Source: a virus. From it: DNA of 14,577 nucleotides. The stretch lies in UHGV virus genome UHGV-1333726. One strand, given 5' to 3'. Below are positions 6,433-13,652 of the stretch, one piece after another. The notes under the pieces are model-generated. The model did not search any database. It saw nothing but the letters and a program-made list of their open reading frames with translations, and was not told where the DNA came from. The position numbers were made by a program, and so were the translations under genes. Within the stretch, counting starts at the first letter, position 1; the number at the start of each line of letters is the position of its first letter.

Positions 6433-6615
6433 TTACTTGCCCCCGTAACGCGCAACAAGTCTTTTGCGATCAGATATTGCTTGCACCAACTTTCTTTCAA
6501 GCTCTTTAAGCGCAAGCAATTCTCGCATGTGGAAAGCCTGTATTTGTCGCACAGTCTCTAAATCATGCTCATCGCGCTGAATATCTATTTGCAGATCTTT
6601 AATTTCGTTTTTCAT
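6433..6615 (-). CDS. hypothetical protein (60 aa), predicted helical
   Basis: ATG 6615 overlaps TGA of upstream gene (ATGA); heptad-like charged sequence. Confidence 0.45.
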   Translation of the reverse strand: MKNEIKDLQIDIQRDEHDLETVRQIQAFHMRELLALKELERKLVQAISDRKRLVARYGGK

Positions 6616-6848
6616 TTCTCTACCACCTTAAACCGAGTTTTAAAATGACCCTGCAAAAAATACTCATTTTTTGATGGGAAATACTGGACTAATCGCCATG
6701 CGTCGGCGTCGTCGAAATCCGATACAAGATCGTCTTGTAGAATGAAAGCAAAGCACCCATGCTTTATAAAACCTGAATATTTTTTACCTTCAGTGAAAAA
6801 ATCGACGCTTGATTGAGTACATTTAACAACAATGTTTATTAACTCCAT
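6612..6848 (-). CDS. hypothetical protein (78 aa)
   Basis: ATG 6848 with GGGG upstream; 26-nt overlap with rusA end. Confidence 0.5.
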   Translation of the reverse strand: MELINIVVKCTQSSVDFFTEGKKYSGFIKHGCFAFILQDDLVSDFDDADAWRLVQYFPSKNEYFLQGHFKTRFKVVEK

Positions 6849-7251
6849 TGTCGCCCCACATATCAGTTAAGTATTCATTAATATCCGGCAACATGTCGTT
6901 GCGTTCTCGCACCTTGATAAATAAGAGTCCGCCTTTTACCTTCCGGCAACGAACAAACTTCATTGCGTCAACCTGGCTGTCATCGGCCCAAAAGCCGGAA
7001 TAGGTTATAGCGTCAAATAACGCTTTCCCTATATTATCTATATCGCGTCTCCTGTTGTCTGGCGGCGCAATATAAACCGTTATTGATAACCTGCATTTTA
7101 GATTTATATCAAGATTAAAACGCCTTATGACTTCCCTCACCCATTCTCTGTATTTTTTCCCCTCCTTGCTTATATAGTTAACCCCTCTGGCGTGGCGGTA
7201 ATACCTGTTACATGATGGCGGGTAAGGCAGGATAAAAGAATATTCATTCAT
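6823..7251 (-). CDS. rusA: Holliday-junction resolvase RusA
   Basis: ATG 7251 overlaps ninG TGA (ATGA); ILPYPPSCNRYYRH...PDNRRRDIDNIGKALFDAITYSGFWADDSQV matches the RusA family signature (PWPPSNNRYY...RRDLDN...FWLDD). Confidence 0.9.
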   Translation of the reverse strand: MNEYSFILPYPPSCNRYYRHARGVNYISKEGKKYREWVREVIRRFNLDINLKCRLSITVYIAPPDNRRRDIDNIGKALFDAITYSGFWADDSQVDAMKFVRCRKVKGGLLFIKVRERNDMLPDINEYLTDMWGDNGVNKHCC

Positions 7252-7853
7252 GCCGCCTTTCTCCTTAAGGCGTCTAATTTCGCCTGATAAACTTTAATGA
7301 TCTCCTTACATTCTTCGATCGTCCATTTGTGAGTTTCGTTATTATTTTCTAATGCCTCCACCCTTTCTAATCCTATTTTTTTTATTAAATTTATTCTGTA
7401 TAACTCAACATTGCCGTCTAATACCTGATTGCAATGTCGGCATTGTAGGTTTACGTTATCCTCGTTAAATCGAAGGTGTCCGGCTGCCGCTACTGTGCGC
7501 CAGTGTCCAGCATCAGCGCCGCATTGTTCGTAATAATAAGTCCCGCAAGATATACACGGCTGACCCGCGTCACGCTCGCGTATATAAGCGTTAAAAACGT
7601 TTTGTGCCTGTTTAATCCAGTAGCTACGCGGATTTAACTGTTTCCGTTTCCGGTTGCGTTCTTCCCGCTGGCTATCACGGCGTTTCTTCCGCTCCATAGC
7701 CTTCATAGCCTTTTCACGATCGCGGCATAGCTGATCAAACTTCAGTTCTTCCAGACATTCATCGCTGCACCACGTTTGATTGTGATATTTAGGCTCAAAA
7801 AAAACGCCGCAGCATTTGCAACGGCGTCTTATAGGTTTTTTAGGGTTCTGCAT
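7248..7853 (-). CDS. ninG: NinG/Rap recombination protein
   Basis: ATG 7853 (ORF-track start 7943 is an upstream extension); RRRCKCC...YHNQTWCS...PRSYWIKQAQNVFNAYIRERD...PCISCG...HKWTIEECK closely parallels lambda NinG. Confidence 0.85.
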   Translation of the reverse strand: MQNPKKPIRRRCKCCGVFFEPKYHNQTWCSDECLEELKFDQLCRDREKAMKAMERKKRRDSQREERNRKRKQLNPRSYWIKQAQNVFNAYIRERDAGQPCISCGTYYYEQCGADAGHWRTVAAAGHLRFNEDNVNLQCRHCNQVLDGNVELYRINLIKKIGLERVEALENNNETHKWTIEECKEIIKVYQAKLDALRRKAA

Positions 7854-7867
7854 AAAAACCACCCCGA

Positions 7868-8044
7868 TTATTTTTGATTCTCTGTTTCGTTCAGCCTTTC
7901 GGCGTGTCCGGCCCTTAGCCAATGTTCTAAGCATTCGTTGCACTCGTTACAGCCTCCTTTCTTCGTGCTGCATACATTGCACATTGCACGCATGACGCTT
8001 TCTCGTTCATAGTCGTCATGCCATTGGTAATTATCAAAAGTCAT
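7868..8044 (-). CDS. ninF: NinF-like small Cys-rich protein (58 aa)
   Basis: Manually found ORF ATG 8044 to TAA 7868; MTFDNYQWHDDYERESVMRAMCNVCSTKKGGCNECNEC...; position immediately upstream of ninG and Cys-rich character as in lambda NinF. Confidence 0.5.
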   Translation of the reverse strand: MTFDNYQWHDDYERESVMRAMCNVCSTKKGGCNECNECLEHWLRAGHAERLNETENQK

Positions 8045-8161
8045 AATGCTCTCTCCTTTTCAGGTGATTTCTACGCATTTCAGCGCTGCCGGATTTTTAA
8101 AGAGCATTTTGTTTGCTTGAAGTATACAAAATGGATACACCAGAACAAGGCGAAAAGCGCC

Positions 8162-8181
8162 ATTATGTGATCCATATCACG
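8162..8181. promoter_or_regulatory. palindromic GATC-containing motif (candidate operator), site B
   Basis: Forward strand aTTATGTGATCcatATCACg: GTGAT-N4-ATCAC palindrome with GATC at 8169-8172, in the 159-bp gap upstream of ninF; shares TTATGTGATC-N3-ATCAC with site A at 11746-11763. Confidence 0.4.
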
Positions 8182-8203
8182 CAATGACGCCATTTTGTAA
8201 ACT

Positions 8204-8962
8204 TCAGTCCGGTAAAACGCGGTCATGGTTAGCCAGGAATACAGCACGGGCAAAGCCACGCGGTGTTAGTGAGCGGATCATCTTTGTTCGTTTCGTCCTG
8301 CCTCCGGTTTTCGCCCACCCAGGGTTATCACCAGAGTTAAGATCTACAGGTCTAAAAAGCGGCTGCCTGAATCCGTTGCCGCACCATATGCAAGTTTTCT
8401 TCGTGTACGCGTCGCGCGGTGGGTAAACATCAGGGAAAGCAGGATGCTTGTCATCTTCCGGCAGGTAGCCACCGTAAGCGCAAGGATTGAAGATAAAATC
8501 CGGTTTACGCCATAGCGTTGACAGCACACCAACAGGATTCTCCACCATCCACGGCACGTTATACATGTTAGCCAGAGATTCAACCAACATTGCGTTTCTT
8601 GCCGCCCTATTCTGAAAACAAGGATCTTTCCTGTATTTATCAACGAACCAGCGAGCGCCTGACACAGCGAGATCGTCGCATGGAGGAAAGCCCAGGATAA
8701 TGTCAGGCCCTGGATAAACAGACAATTCAGGGGAGAACATTCCCAGGAAATGGCTATCAATCCAGATGTTAACGTATTCAATATTTGGATGAATGATTTT
8801 AACGCCTTCATAATCTCCGTGATTTGCGCCGTCATAGTTGAAGCAATAGCACTTATATCCAGCTTCCGCCCAATCTTTAACGGCGTACCCGCTGCCGTCG
8901 TACAGCGACCACACCACCCAACTTCTAAGCCAATTATTTAACCAATGTTTAGCCCTGCTCAT
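8204..8962 (-). CDS. compact C5-methyltransferase-fold protein (putative DNA cytosine-5 methyltransferase-like enzyme)
   Basis: ATG 8962 overlaps TGA of upstream gene (ATGA); motif I-like LYDGSGY (res 21-27), GFPPCDDLAVSGAR (res 91-104, cf. M.HhaI GFPCQAFSISGK) and VENP (res 140-143, ENV-like) in canonical order and spacing; only 252 aa, no obvious QRR or target-recognition domain. Confidence 0.6.
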   Translation of the reverse strand: MSRAKHWLNNWLRSWVVWSLYDGSGYAVKDWAEAGYKCYCFNYDGANHGDYEGVKIIHPNIEYVNIWIDSHFLGMFSPELSVYPGPDIILGFPPCDDLAVSGARWFVDKYRKDPCFQNRAARNAMLVESLANMYNVPWMVENPVGVLSTLWRKPDFIFNPCAYGGYLPEDDKHPAFPDVYPPRDAYTKKTCIWCGNGFRQPLFRPVDLNSGDNPGWAKTGGRTKRTKMIRSLTPRGFARAVFLANHDRVLPD

Positions 8963-9462
8963 TTTCTACCCTCAAACGTGAAATAGCGGCGCATAATGAT
9001 GGTGATCACCGTTACCGCTGCCATTTTTGAGATGAATTGCATAGCTGATATTTCCGGCATAAATGCCATAAACGATAGCGTAGGAAAAATTAACGCATCG
9101 CCGATGGCGGACGCTATATTTGCAGGCCAGCGTTTCGAATCGAAATCACCAGGTAAAACCCGGTAAACGCCGCCAGAAATAAGCGCACCGGAAACAACCG
9201 CAACGAATGACGCGATCGCCACCATTCCTGCGTCGTAATTTATCAGCACCGTGATTGCGCCAGCGGCGGCGCATGTTGTAGCCGACCATTTCAGACCGCC
9301 GTCATATAACAGAAAGTCGCGGATCATCATATTGACACACACGGCGGCTACCGTGGTGATCGGAATTACCCACGGGCCGCAGTGGTTAACAATAAGGTTG
9401 ATGATCACAAAAACGGCGACATAAACGCAGGCTAATAACCTGTCAATCGTCACCCTTTCCAT
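8959..9462 (-). CDS. polytopic membrane protein, VUT/YhhQ-like (putative queuosine-precursor transporter family)
   Basis: ATG 9462 with GAAGGA upstream (ORF-track start 9537 would overlap upstream gene by 95 nt); about six hydrophobic segments; NIASAIGDALIF resembles the recalled YhhQ C-terminal motif; family assignment tentative. Confidence 0.45.
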   Translation of the reverse strand: MERVTIDRLLACVYVAVFVIINLIVNHCGPWVIPITTVAAVCVNMMIRDFLLYDGGLKWSATTCAAAGAITVLINYDAGMVAIASFVAVVSGALISGGVYRVLPGDFDSKRWPANIASAIGDALIFPTLSFMAFMPEISAMQFISKMAAVTVITIIMRRYFTFEGRK

Positions 9463-9934
9463 TTTTATGATCCTTCGGTGTATACAATAAAGCCTCTTTA
9501 TTAAACCGCCAGCCGTTACCAAGCTGGAAGCTACCATTCATTATTACTTCACCACTAGCGATTAGGTCGCCTGGTATTGAGGTTTTCTTACAGCGGCAAT
9601 TTAACGACATATCAAAATCACCCTGTTTTTTCTTTTGCTCTTCCTCCCGCTCCGCTAATATTTGCTCCGCTTTTAGCGCGTTGTAAGCAATAAGGTCTAT
9701 GAGAGTGTCGAGCGGATCGCTTCCATTGCTTAAAATGGCCTCTAATCGCGCCTCCTTGAGGCAAATCATTAGATCCCATACATCAAGCGGGGTTAAACTT
9801 GTCCCCTTCTTAGCGTTGTAAATAGTGGCTATTTTTGGCGCTGATTTTTCTTCTTTTCGATCGTATCCGTTTTGTTCTCCTCTTGCCTCGATAGTTTCAG
9901 CCGCAAGTCTCAGCAATTCAGCCGCTTTATTCAT
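9443..9934 (-). CDS. hypothetical protein (163 aa), helical N-terminal domain
   Basis: ATG 9934 with GAGGTG upstream, 2 nt after dam stop (ORF-track start 9952 overlaps dam); conserved-looking LTPLDVWDLMICLKEARL segment; no family assigned. Confidence 0.55.
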   Translation of the reverse strand: MNKAAELLRLAAETIEARGEQNGYDRKEEKSAPKIATIYNAKKGTSLTPLDVWDLMICLKEARLEAILSNGSDPLDTLIDLIAYNALKAEQILAEREEEQKKKQGDFDMSLNCRCKKTSIPGDLIASGEVIMNGSFQLGNGWRFNKEALLYTPKDHKNGKGDD

Positions 9935-10466
9935 TTTCTGCACCTCTTGCATATAGCTCTTTACGTGTTATCTGCGTGAAAATACATTCATGTCTGCATC
10001 GTGGATGCCAGATCAAGAACAAGCTCCCTTTATTGTTTCCACTTGCTGGTTTACCTGTTGCAGCATTGATAAACGCCAGCCGCCCGCGCGTGATTAATCG
10101 GCATTCGTTTGCAGTCTCCACGCCGTTCATAAACCAGCTAACAGAAATGTCAGCGGGCAACAACATCACGCAACCGATGTGATTCCGTTGATGTTCGAGC
10201 GCCGCTTTATCAATAAATGGACCCGGATTTGAGTATGGCGGATTCATCCATACATATTCGCCAGGCATTGCCACCGCTCCCCACGGATAAGTAAGCGTGT
10301 CCATTTCTTCGGTTATATATCGCGGGATTAATGCGTTTGCCTTGTTTGCCGCCACGTCAGCGACAAATTCAAACTCGCGGTCCATTCCTCTAAAAACTGG
10401 TTTAGGTGTCTGCCACAGGTCTTTAATTTCCTTCGGTGTGCTGCTGCCTCCAAAATCATTTTTCAT
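9927..10466 (-). CDS. dam: phage Dam-family DNA N6-adenine methyltransferase
   Basis: ATG 10466 with AAGGGGGG upstream; N-terminal DLWQTPKPVF...FEFVADVAA and catalytic VWMNPPYS (NPPY variant of DPPY) are signatures of the phage Dam family. Confidence 0.85.
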   Translation of the reverse strand: MKNDFGGSSTPKEIKDLWQTPKPVFRGMDREFEFVADVAANKANALIPRYITEEMDTLTYPWGAVAMPGEYVWMNPPYSNPGPFIDKAALEHQRNHIGCVMLLPADISVSWFMNGVETANECRLITRGRLAFINAATGKPASGNNKGSLFLIWHPRCRHECIFTQITRKELYARGAENE

Positions 10467-10476
10467 TACGCCCCCC

Positions 10477-10710
10477 TTAAAAATAATCTTGTTCAGTCCC
10501 CCAACGGTTGTTTAAATACCCAACCAACCACACAAAACGCTCAATACTGATTAGCGGGGCGACCTTGCGATAATGCTTGTCGAGTATCAGCCGCGTGGCT
10601 TTATCGCTGTAGCCGTTCTTTTCTACCTCCGTTTTGCAGGCAGAAAGCGCCGCGCGTGCGGCAGTTTTTACGGCGTTAAATTGCGGCTCTGACAGGTTAA
10701 ATAAAGCCAT
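10477..10710 (-). CDS. hypothetical protein (77 aa)
   Basis: ATG 10710, 1 nt after upstream stop; ORF-track start 10767 overlaps upstream gene. Confidence 0.45.
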   Translation of the reverse strand: MALFNLSEPQFNAVKTAARAALSACKTEVEKNGYSDKATRLILDKHYRKVAPLISIERFVWLVGYLNNRWGTEQDYF

Positions 10711-10711
10711 T

Positions 10712-10939
10712 TCATAAAACATCAGTAGAATCAGCGAAAAAGAACCCAACAAATACACTAACAGCAATAATGATCCTTAACATATAAAGCGCATCATCAG
10801 GTGATGGCATTTCTGGTAGTTCCCATGTAACAAAAGACACACCGCATAAAATTCCAATAAGAACCGTAGCTATACATGAGAATACAAAAAAAGAACAAAA
10901 TAGCCAGCCCATAATAAAGTCAATAAGTGCACGCATCAT
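10712..10939 (-). CDS. small two-TM membrane protein (75 aa)
   Basis: ATG ATG at 10939/10936 (ORF-track start 10954 is TTG); two long hydrophobic segments. Confidence 0.5.
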   Translation of the reverse strand: MMRALIDFIMGWLFCSFFVFSCIATVLIGILCGVSFVTWELPEMPSPDDALYMLRIIIAVSVFVGFFFADSTDVL

Positions 10940-10940
10940 T

Positions 10941-11114
10941 CTAAACGTCCTCAATCACACCGCCTTTCACGCGCTCTTTAATATCCCATACGTGAGGCTT
11001 GCATATTTCCTGATAATAGTGATCCGGCCTGCTGCCGAAATACCATTTGCCATCCATATAAAAATAAACGCCAGAAAAATTTCCTGGCGCTGCCTTTGTT
11101 GTCATGATATACAT
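10941..11114 (-). CDS. hypothetical protein, 5' end uncertain (abuts N run)
   Basis: Manually found frame ending TAG 10941; first ATG 11114 but frame stays open upstream into the N run 11129-11138. Confidence 0.3.
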   Translation of the reverse strand: MYIMTTKAAPGNFSGVYFYMDGKWYFGSRPDHYYQEICKPHVWDIKERVKGGVIEDV

Positions 11115-11156
11115 AGGTGCAGCCCCGANNNNNNNNNNTTCCAGTCTTTATAGTGT

Positions 11157-11351
11157 TTAAACTTCATGAGCTTTTAAATAACCTCTTCTGAATGCTTTGA
11201 TGTAAAGTCCTAGCCTTCTTATATGCTGAACACCATCAATGAGGCGCACTAAATAAATCGCCCCGTTTGCGTCAGATACAAAACGACAACCAAAACCAAT
11301 GCCGACTAACTTCAGGTTTTCAGGTATTCTATAATCAGTTTCCTGTTCCAT
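11157..11351 (-). CDS. hypothetical protein (64 aa)
   Basis: ATG 11351 with GAGGTGAGG upstream. Confidence 0.5.
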   Translation of the reverse strand: MEQETDYRIPENLKLVGIGFGCRFVSDANGAIYLVRLIDGVQHIRRLGLYIKAFRRGYLKAHEV

Positions 11352-11449
11352 GCCTCACCTCATATGGTATTCAATAAACCACCTGATAAACAGGCATAAG
11401 GCAATAAAACCCCAGCAACAGCACATATAAAACAATGTATCGTCCATAA

Positions 11450-11668
11450 TTAAGCCTCAATAACACCGTAATCAAACGTGCCTAAATACCGTTCTATACT
11501 TACAACTTCAATACCATCAATGCACCGTTTCCACACAGACACCCGGCTTTCATTTTCCCGGAAGTGCATATTAGAAAGCACTTCATCGGCTGGATAGCTT
11601 TTCCCGGCGACGTAGGCATCGTGACCTACTCCACCCTCAACGCAATAAAGCATTAATTCGCGGGCCAT
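11450..11668 (-). CDS. hypothetical protein (72 aa)
   Basis: ATG 11668 with GGAGG 8 nt upstream; first gene after the 99-bp intergenic gap carrying the palindrome. Confidence 0.55.
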   Translation of the reverse strand: MARELMLYCVEGGVGHDAYVAGKSYPADEVLSNMHFRENESRVSVWKRCIDGIEVVSIERYLGTFDYGVIEA

Positions 11669-11720
11669 CTTGTTTTCCTCCGCGCCGTAAACCTTTTGAT
11701 TTCAGTTCACAAAACGGACA

Positions 11721-11763
11721 TGCGATCACAAAACAAAATGTATATTTATGTGATCGCAATCAC
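11721..11763. promoter_or_regulatory. inverted repeat plus GATC palindrome (candidate operator or RNA hairpin), site A
   Basis: Forward TGCGATCACA (11721-11730) and TGTGATCGCA (11749-11758) are perfect 10-bp inverted repeats with an 18-bp AT-rich spacer; overlapping palindrome GTGAT-cgca-ATCAC at 11750-11763; GATC at 11724-11727 and 11752-11755. Confidence 0.45.
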
Positions 11764-11767
11764 AATG

Positions 11768-12388
11768 TTAATGAAGTACGCGTTTTTCAGGTTCAGGCAC
11801 TAGCTGTGCGTCTTTCCGCGCGTCATTAAGCACAGCTATAGCTGCCTGTACACCTAAATCATTTGCGCGCATATTATTGCCAACCATTTCGCCGTAAAAT
11901 AATGGCATGATCGCCTTTACTTCTTCCTCTTTGTGCCCTTCATCAATACACTTCTGTAACGCTTTAGCCTCGAATACTTTTTTCATTACGCCGCGCACAG
12001 AATACAGCGCAACGCTACCCGTATGATTTTCATCTAACGGGAAAATAACAGCACTTCCGAACGCCAGTGGGTCAATTTCTTCCGGCACTGGTACTCGTCC
12101 AAATTCTTCTTCCATGCGTTTTACGAAAGCAAGGCAGAAGACATAACGAGCTACGGCAGTTTTTTCTTCAGCGTTTAAAGACACATAATCGCGGATCGAC
12201 GCGTCCATCATAATATCAACAATCTGCATAGCCAGGTTTAAATCAGCGTCATACGCGCCAGCTTCCATATCTTTTAATACTTCGTGATAATCCTTCGTTT
12301 CCACTTCATGAAAACTTGCATCTTCAGTGTAGCGAGTGATTAACATGCCATTGCTGCCAAGTGAATAAGCTGTTTTGATGTCGTTCAT
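11768..12388 (-). CDS. hypothetical protein (about 206 aa)
   Basis: ATG 12388 with AAGGA upstream (ATG 12397 also possible); largest unassigned ORF in window. Confidence 0.6.
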   Translation of the reverse strand: MNDIKTAYSLGSNGMLITRYTEDASFHEVETKDYHEVLKDMEAGAYDADLNLAMQIVDIMMDASIRDYVSLNAEEKTAVARYVFCLAFVKRMEEEFGRVPVPEEIDPLAFGSAVIFPLDENHTGSVALYSVRGVMKKVFEAKALQKCIDEGHKEEEVKAIMPLFYGEMVGNNMRANDLGVQAAIAVLNDARKDAQLVPEPEKRVLH

Positions 12389-12401
12389 GATGTTCATCCT
12401 T

Positions 12402-12734
12402 TTATAGTGGGTGATGCCATTTCATTTCAGTTTCTGGGTTGAACGGGTTTCCTTCACTTGAAAGGAATAAATCACGCGCCCGTTTTAGCTCTTCCTGGCC
12501 TATTTCTATTTCATCAATCTGACCGAACGATCCAGGCATCATCCGTTTTAAATCAGATAGCGGGCGCATAAGGCCGCAACCGCGCAACAACATGTCTAAC
12601 GCGAACTGTCGCCGCCCAGCTGCATCATTAAAGCGACGCGCCCACGGTACACACACTATCCGGCGTTCGAACTCAATAAATAGTGATAGCTTATTTGTTT
12701 CGCTATCATAGGCCTTATGTAATTTAATTTTCAT
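12402..12734 (-). CDS. hypothetical protein (110 aa)
   Basis: ATG 12734 with GAGGTG upstream; 11-nt overlap with upstream gene. Confidence 0.6.
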   Translation of the reverse strand: MKIKLHKAYDSETNKLSLFIEFERRIVCVPWARRFNDAAGRRQFALDMLLRGCGLMRPLSDLKRMMPGSFGQIDEIEIGQEELKRARDLFLSSEGNPFNPETEMKWHHPL

Positions 12735-12915
12735 TTAACACCTCAACATATTGTTCAAGATGCCATTTACCCACCTCGTCGTCTTCTTCATCAAATAATG
12801 TTACTTGCCCCCCTGGCCCGAAAGAAAAGGCAGCGACAATAAATTTATAGCCATACCATGTGCGGATCTTTTCGCCGCCTTTCAGGTCTTTAACTTTCAC
12901 TAATTTTATAGCCAT
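12724..12915 (-). CDS. hypothetical protein (63 aa)
   Basis: ATG 12915; 10-nt overlap with upstream gene. Confidence 0.5.
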   Translation of the reverse strand: MAIKLVKVKDLKGGEKIRTWYGYKFIVAAFSFGPGGQVTLFDEEDDEVGKWHLEQYVEVLNEN

Positions 12916-13178
12916 ACGCCAAACATCCCATTCAGTCCGGCAAACAATTTCCGCCAGTGGTTTTCAACATAAGCCCGGAACGGCTTAACGCGAACATTGC
13001 GGGCCTTCAGTTCAATATCATCAAAGAAACGCGGCTCTATGATTGTTCCGTCCAGGTATTTAACCAGTAATGGACGTTCGAGATCGTTACACATCTTATT
13101 CAGTACAACCAGACCAGGGTCATCACGATATTCAGGCAACACGACAAGATCACCAGCCTTTGCATCCCATGTTTTCAT
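12906..13178 (-). CDS. hypothetical protein (90 aa)
   Basis: ATG 13178 shares a base with TGA of upstream peptide gene (TGATG); ORF-track start 13181 is GTG. Confidence 0.55.
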   Translation of the reverse strand: MKTWDAKAGDLVVLPEYRDDPGLVVLNKMCNDLERPLLVKYLDGTIIEPRFFDDIELKARNVRVKPFRAYVENHWRKLFAGLNGMFGVWL

Positions 13179-13297
13179 CACAGTAATCCCCTGAAAATAA
13201 GGCTAACCAGCGCGGCAAATGCGCCACAAAAAACAACCACAAACAGGAAGCAAATAATGCAAAACGCTACAGTCACAATATCCTTACCGACTTTCAT
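13178..13297 (-). CDS. tiny hydrophobic peptide (39 aa)
   Basis: Manually found; MKVGKDIVTVAFCIICFLFVVVFCGAFAALVSLIFRGLL, one TM-like segment. Confidence 0.35.
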   Translation of the reverse strand: MKVGKDIVTVAFCIICFLFVVVFCGAFAALVSLIFRGLL

Positions 13298-13305
13298 GAT
13301 TGGCC

Positions 13306-13419
13306 TCACATGTTAGTAATGAGTTTAATAATCGCTACCGTGATATAAAGAGATACGCTGAGATACAGCACAGCGATAGATAAAGCCGCAAGCAATGCGG
13401 CAATTTTTGCAAAGCTCAT
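13306..13419 (-). CDS. tiny hydrophobic peptide (37 aa)
   Basis: Manually found; ATG 13419 overlaps TGA of upstream gene (ATGA), GGAGGG upstream; MSFAKIAALLAALSIAVLYLSVSLYITVAIIKLITNM. Confidence 0.35.
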   Translation of the reverse strand: MSFAKIAALLAALSIAVLYLSVSLYITVAIIKLITNM

Positions 13420-13640
13420 TTGCCACCCTCCGCAATTAACTTATCAAGCCATTTGTTATTAGCCAGCCGTTCGGCATCTTCGCCGAATGATTTACGGTCG
13501 CTTAATTCCTGGCGAGTAGGCTTAGGCCATTTATCGTGCCACCCCGCAGACGTTTCGAACTCATACAGGCCGCCGTCAAAACAAATAAGCTCATCACGAC
13601 CGTCAGGAATTTCCTTATCTACTTCTTTTTCTTCAATCAT
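13416..13640 (-). CDS. hypothetical protein (74 aa)
   Basis: ATG 13640, 12 nt after upstream stop. Confidence 0.55.
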   Translation of the reverse strand: MIEEKEVDKEIPDGRDELICFDGGLYEFETSAGWHDKWPKPTRQELSDRKSFGEDAERLANNKWLDKLIAEGGK

Positions 13641-13652
13641 GATAACACCTCA

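Noticed and set aside
8344-8835. Minus-strand 163-aa ORF in an alternative frame
   Set aside because: Entirely inside the C5-methylase-fold gene, whose frame carries the motifs; the alternative-frame product is Cys/Trp/Arg-rich low-complexity
11129-11138. Run of 10 N
   Set aside because: Ambiguous bases; the 5' end of the gene at 10941..11114 cannot be defined across it
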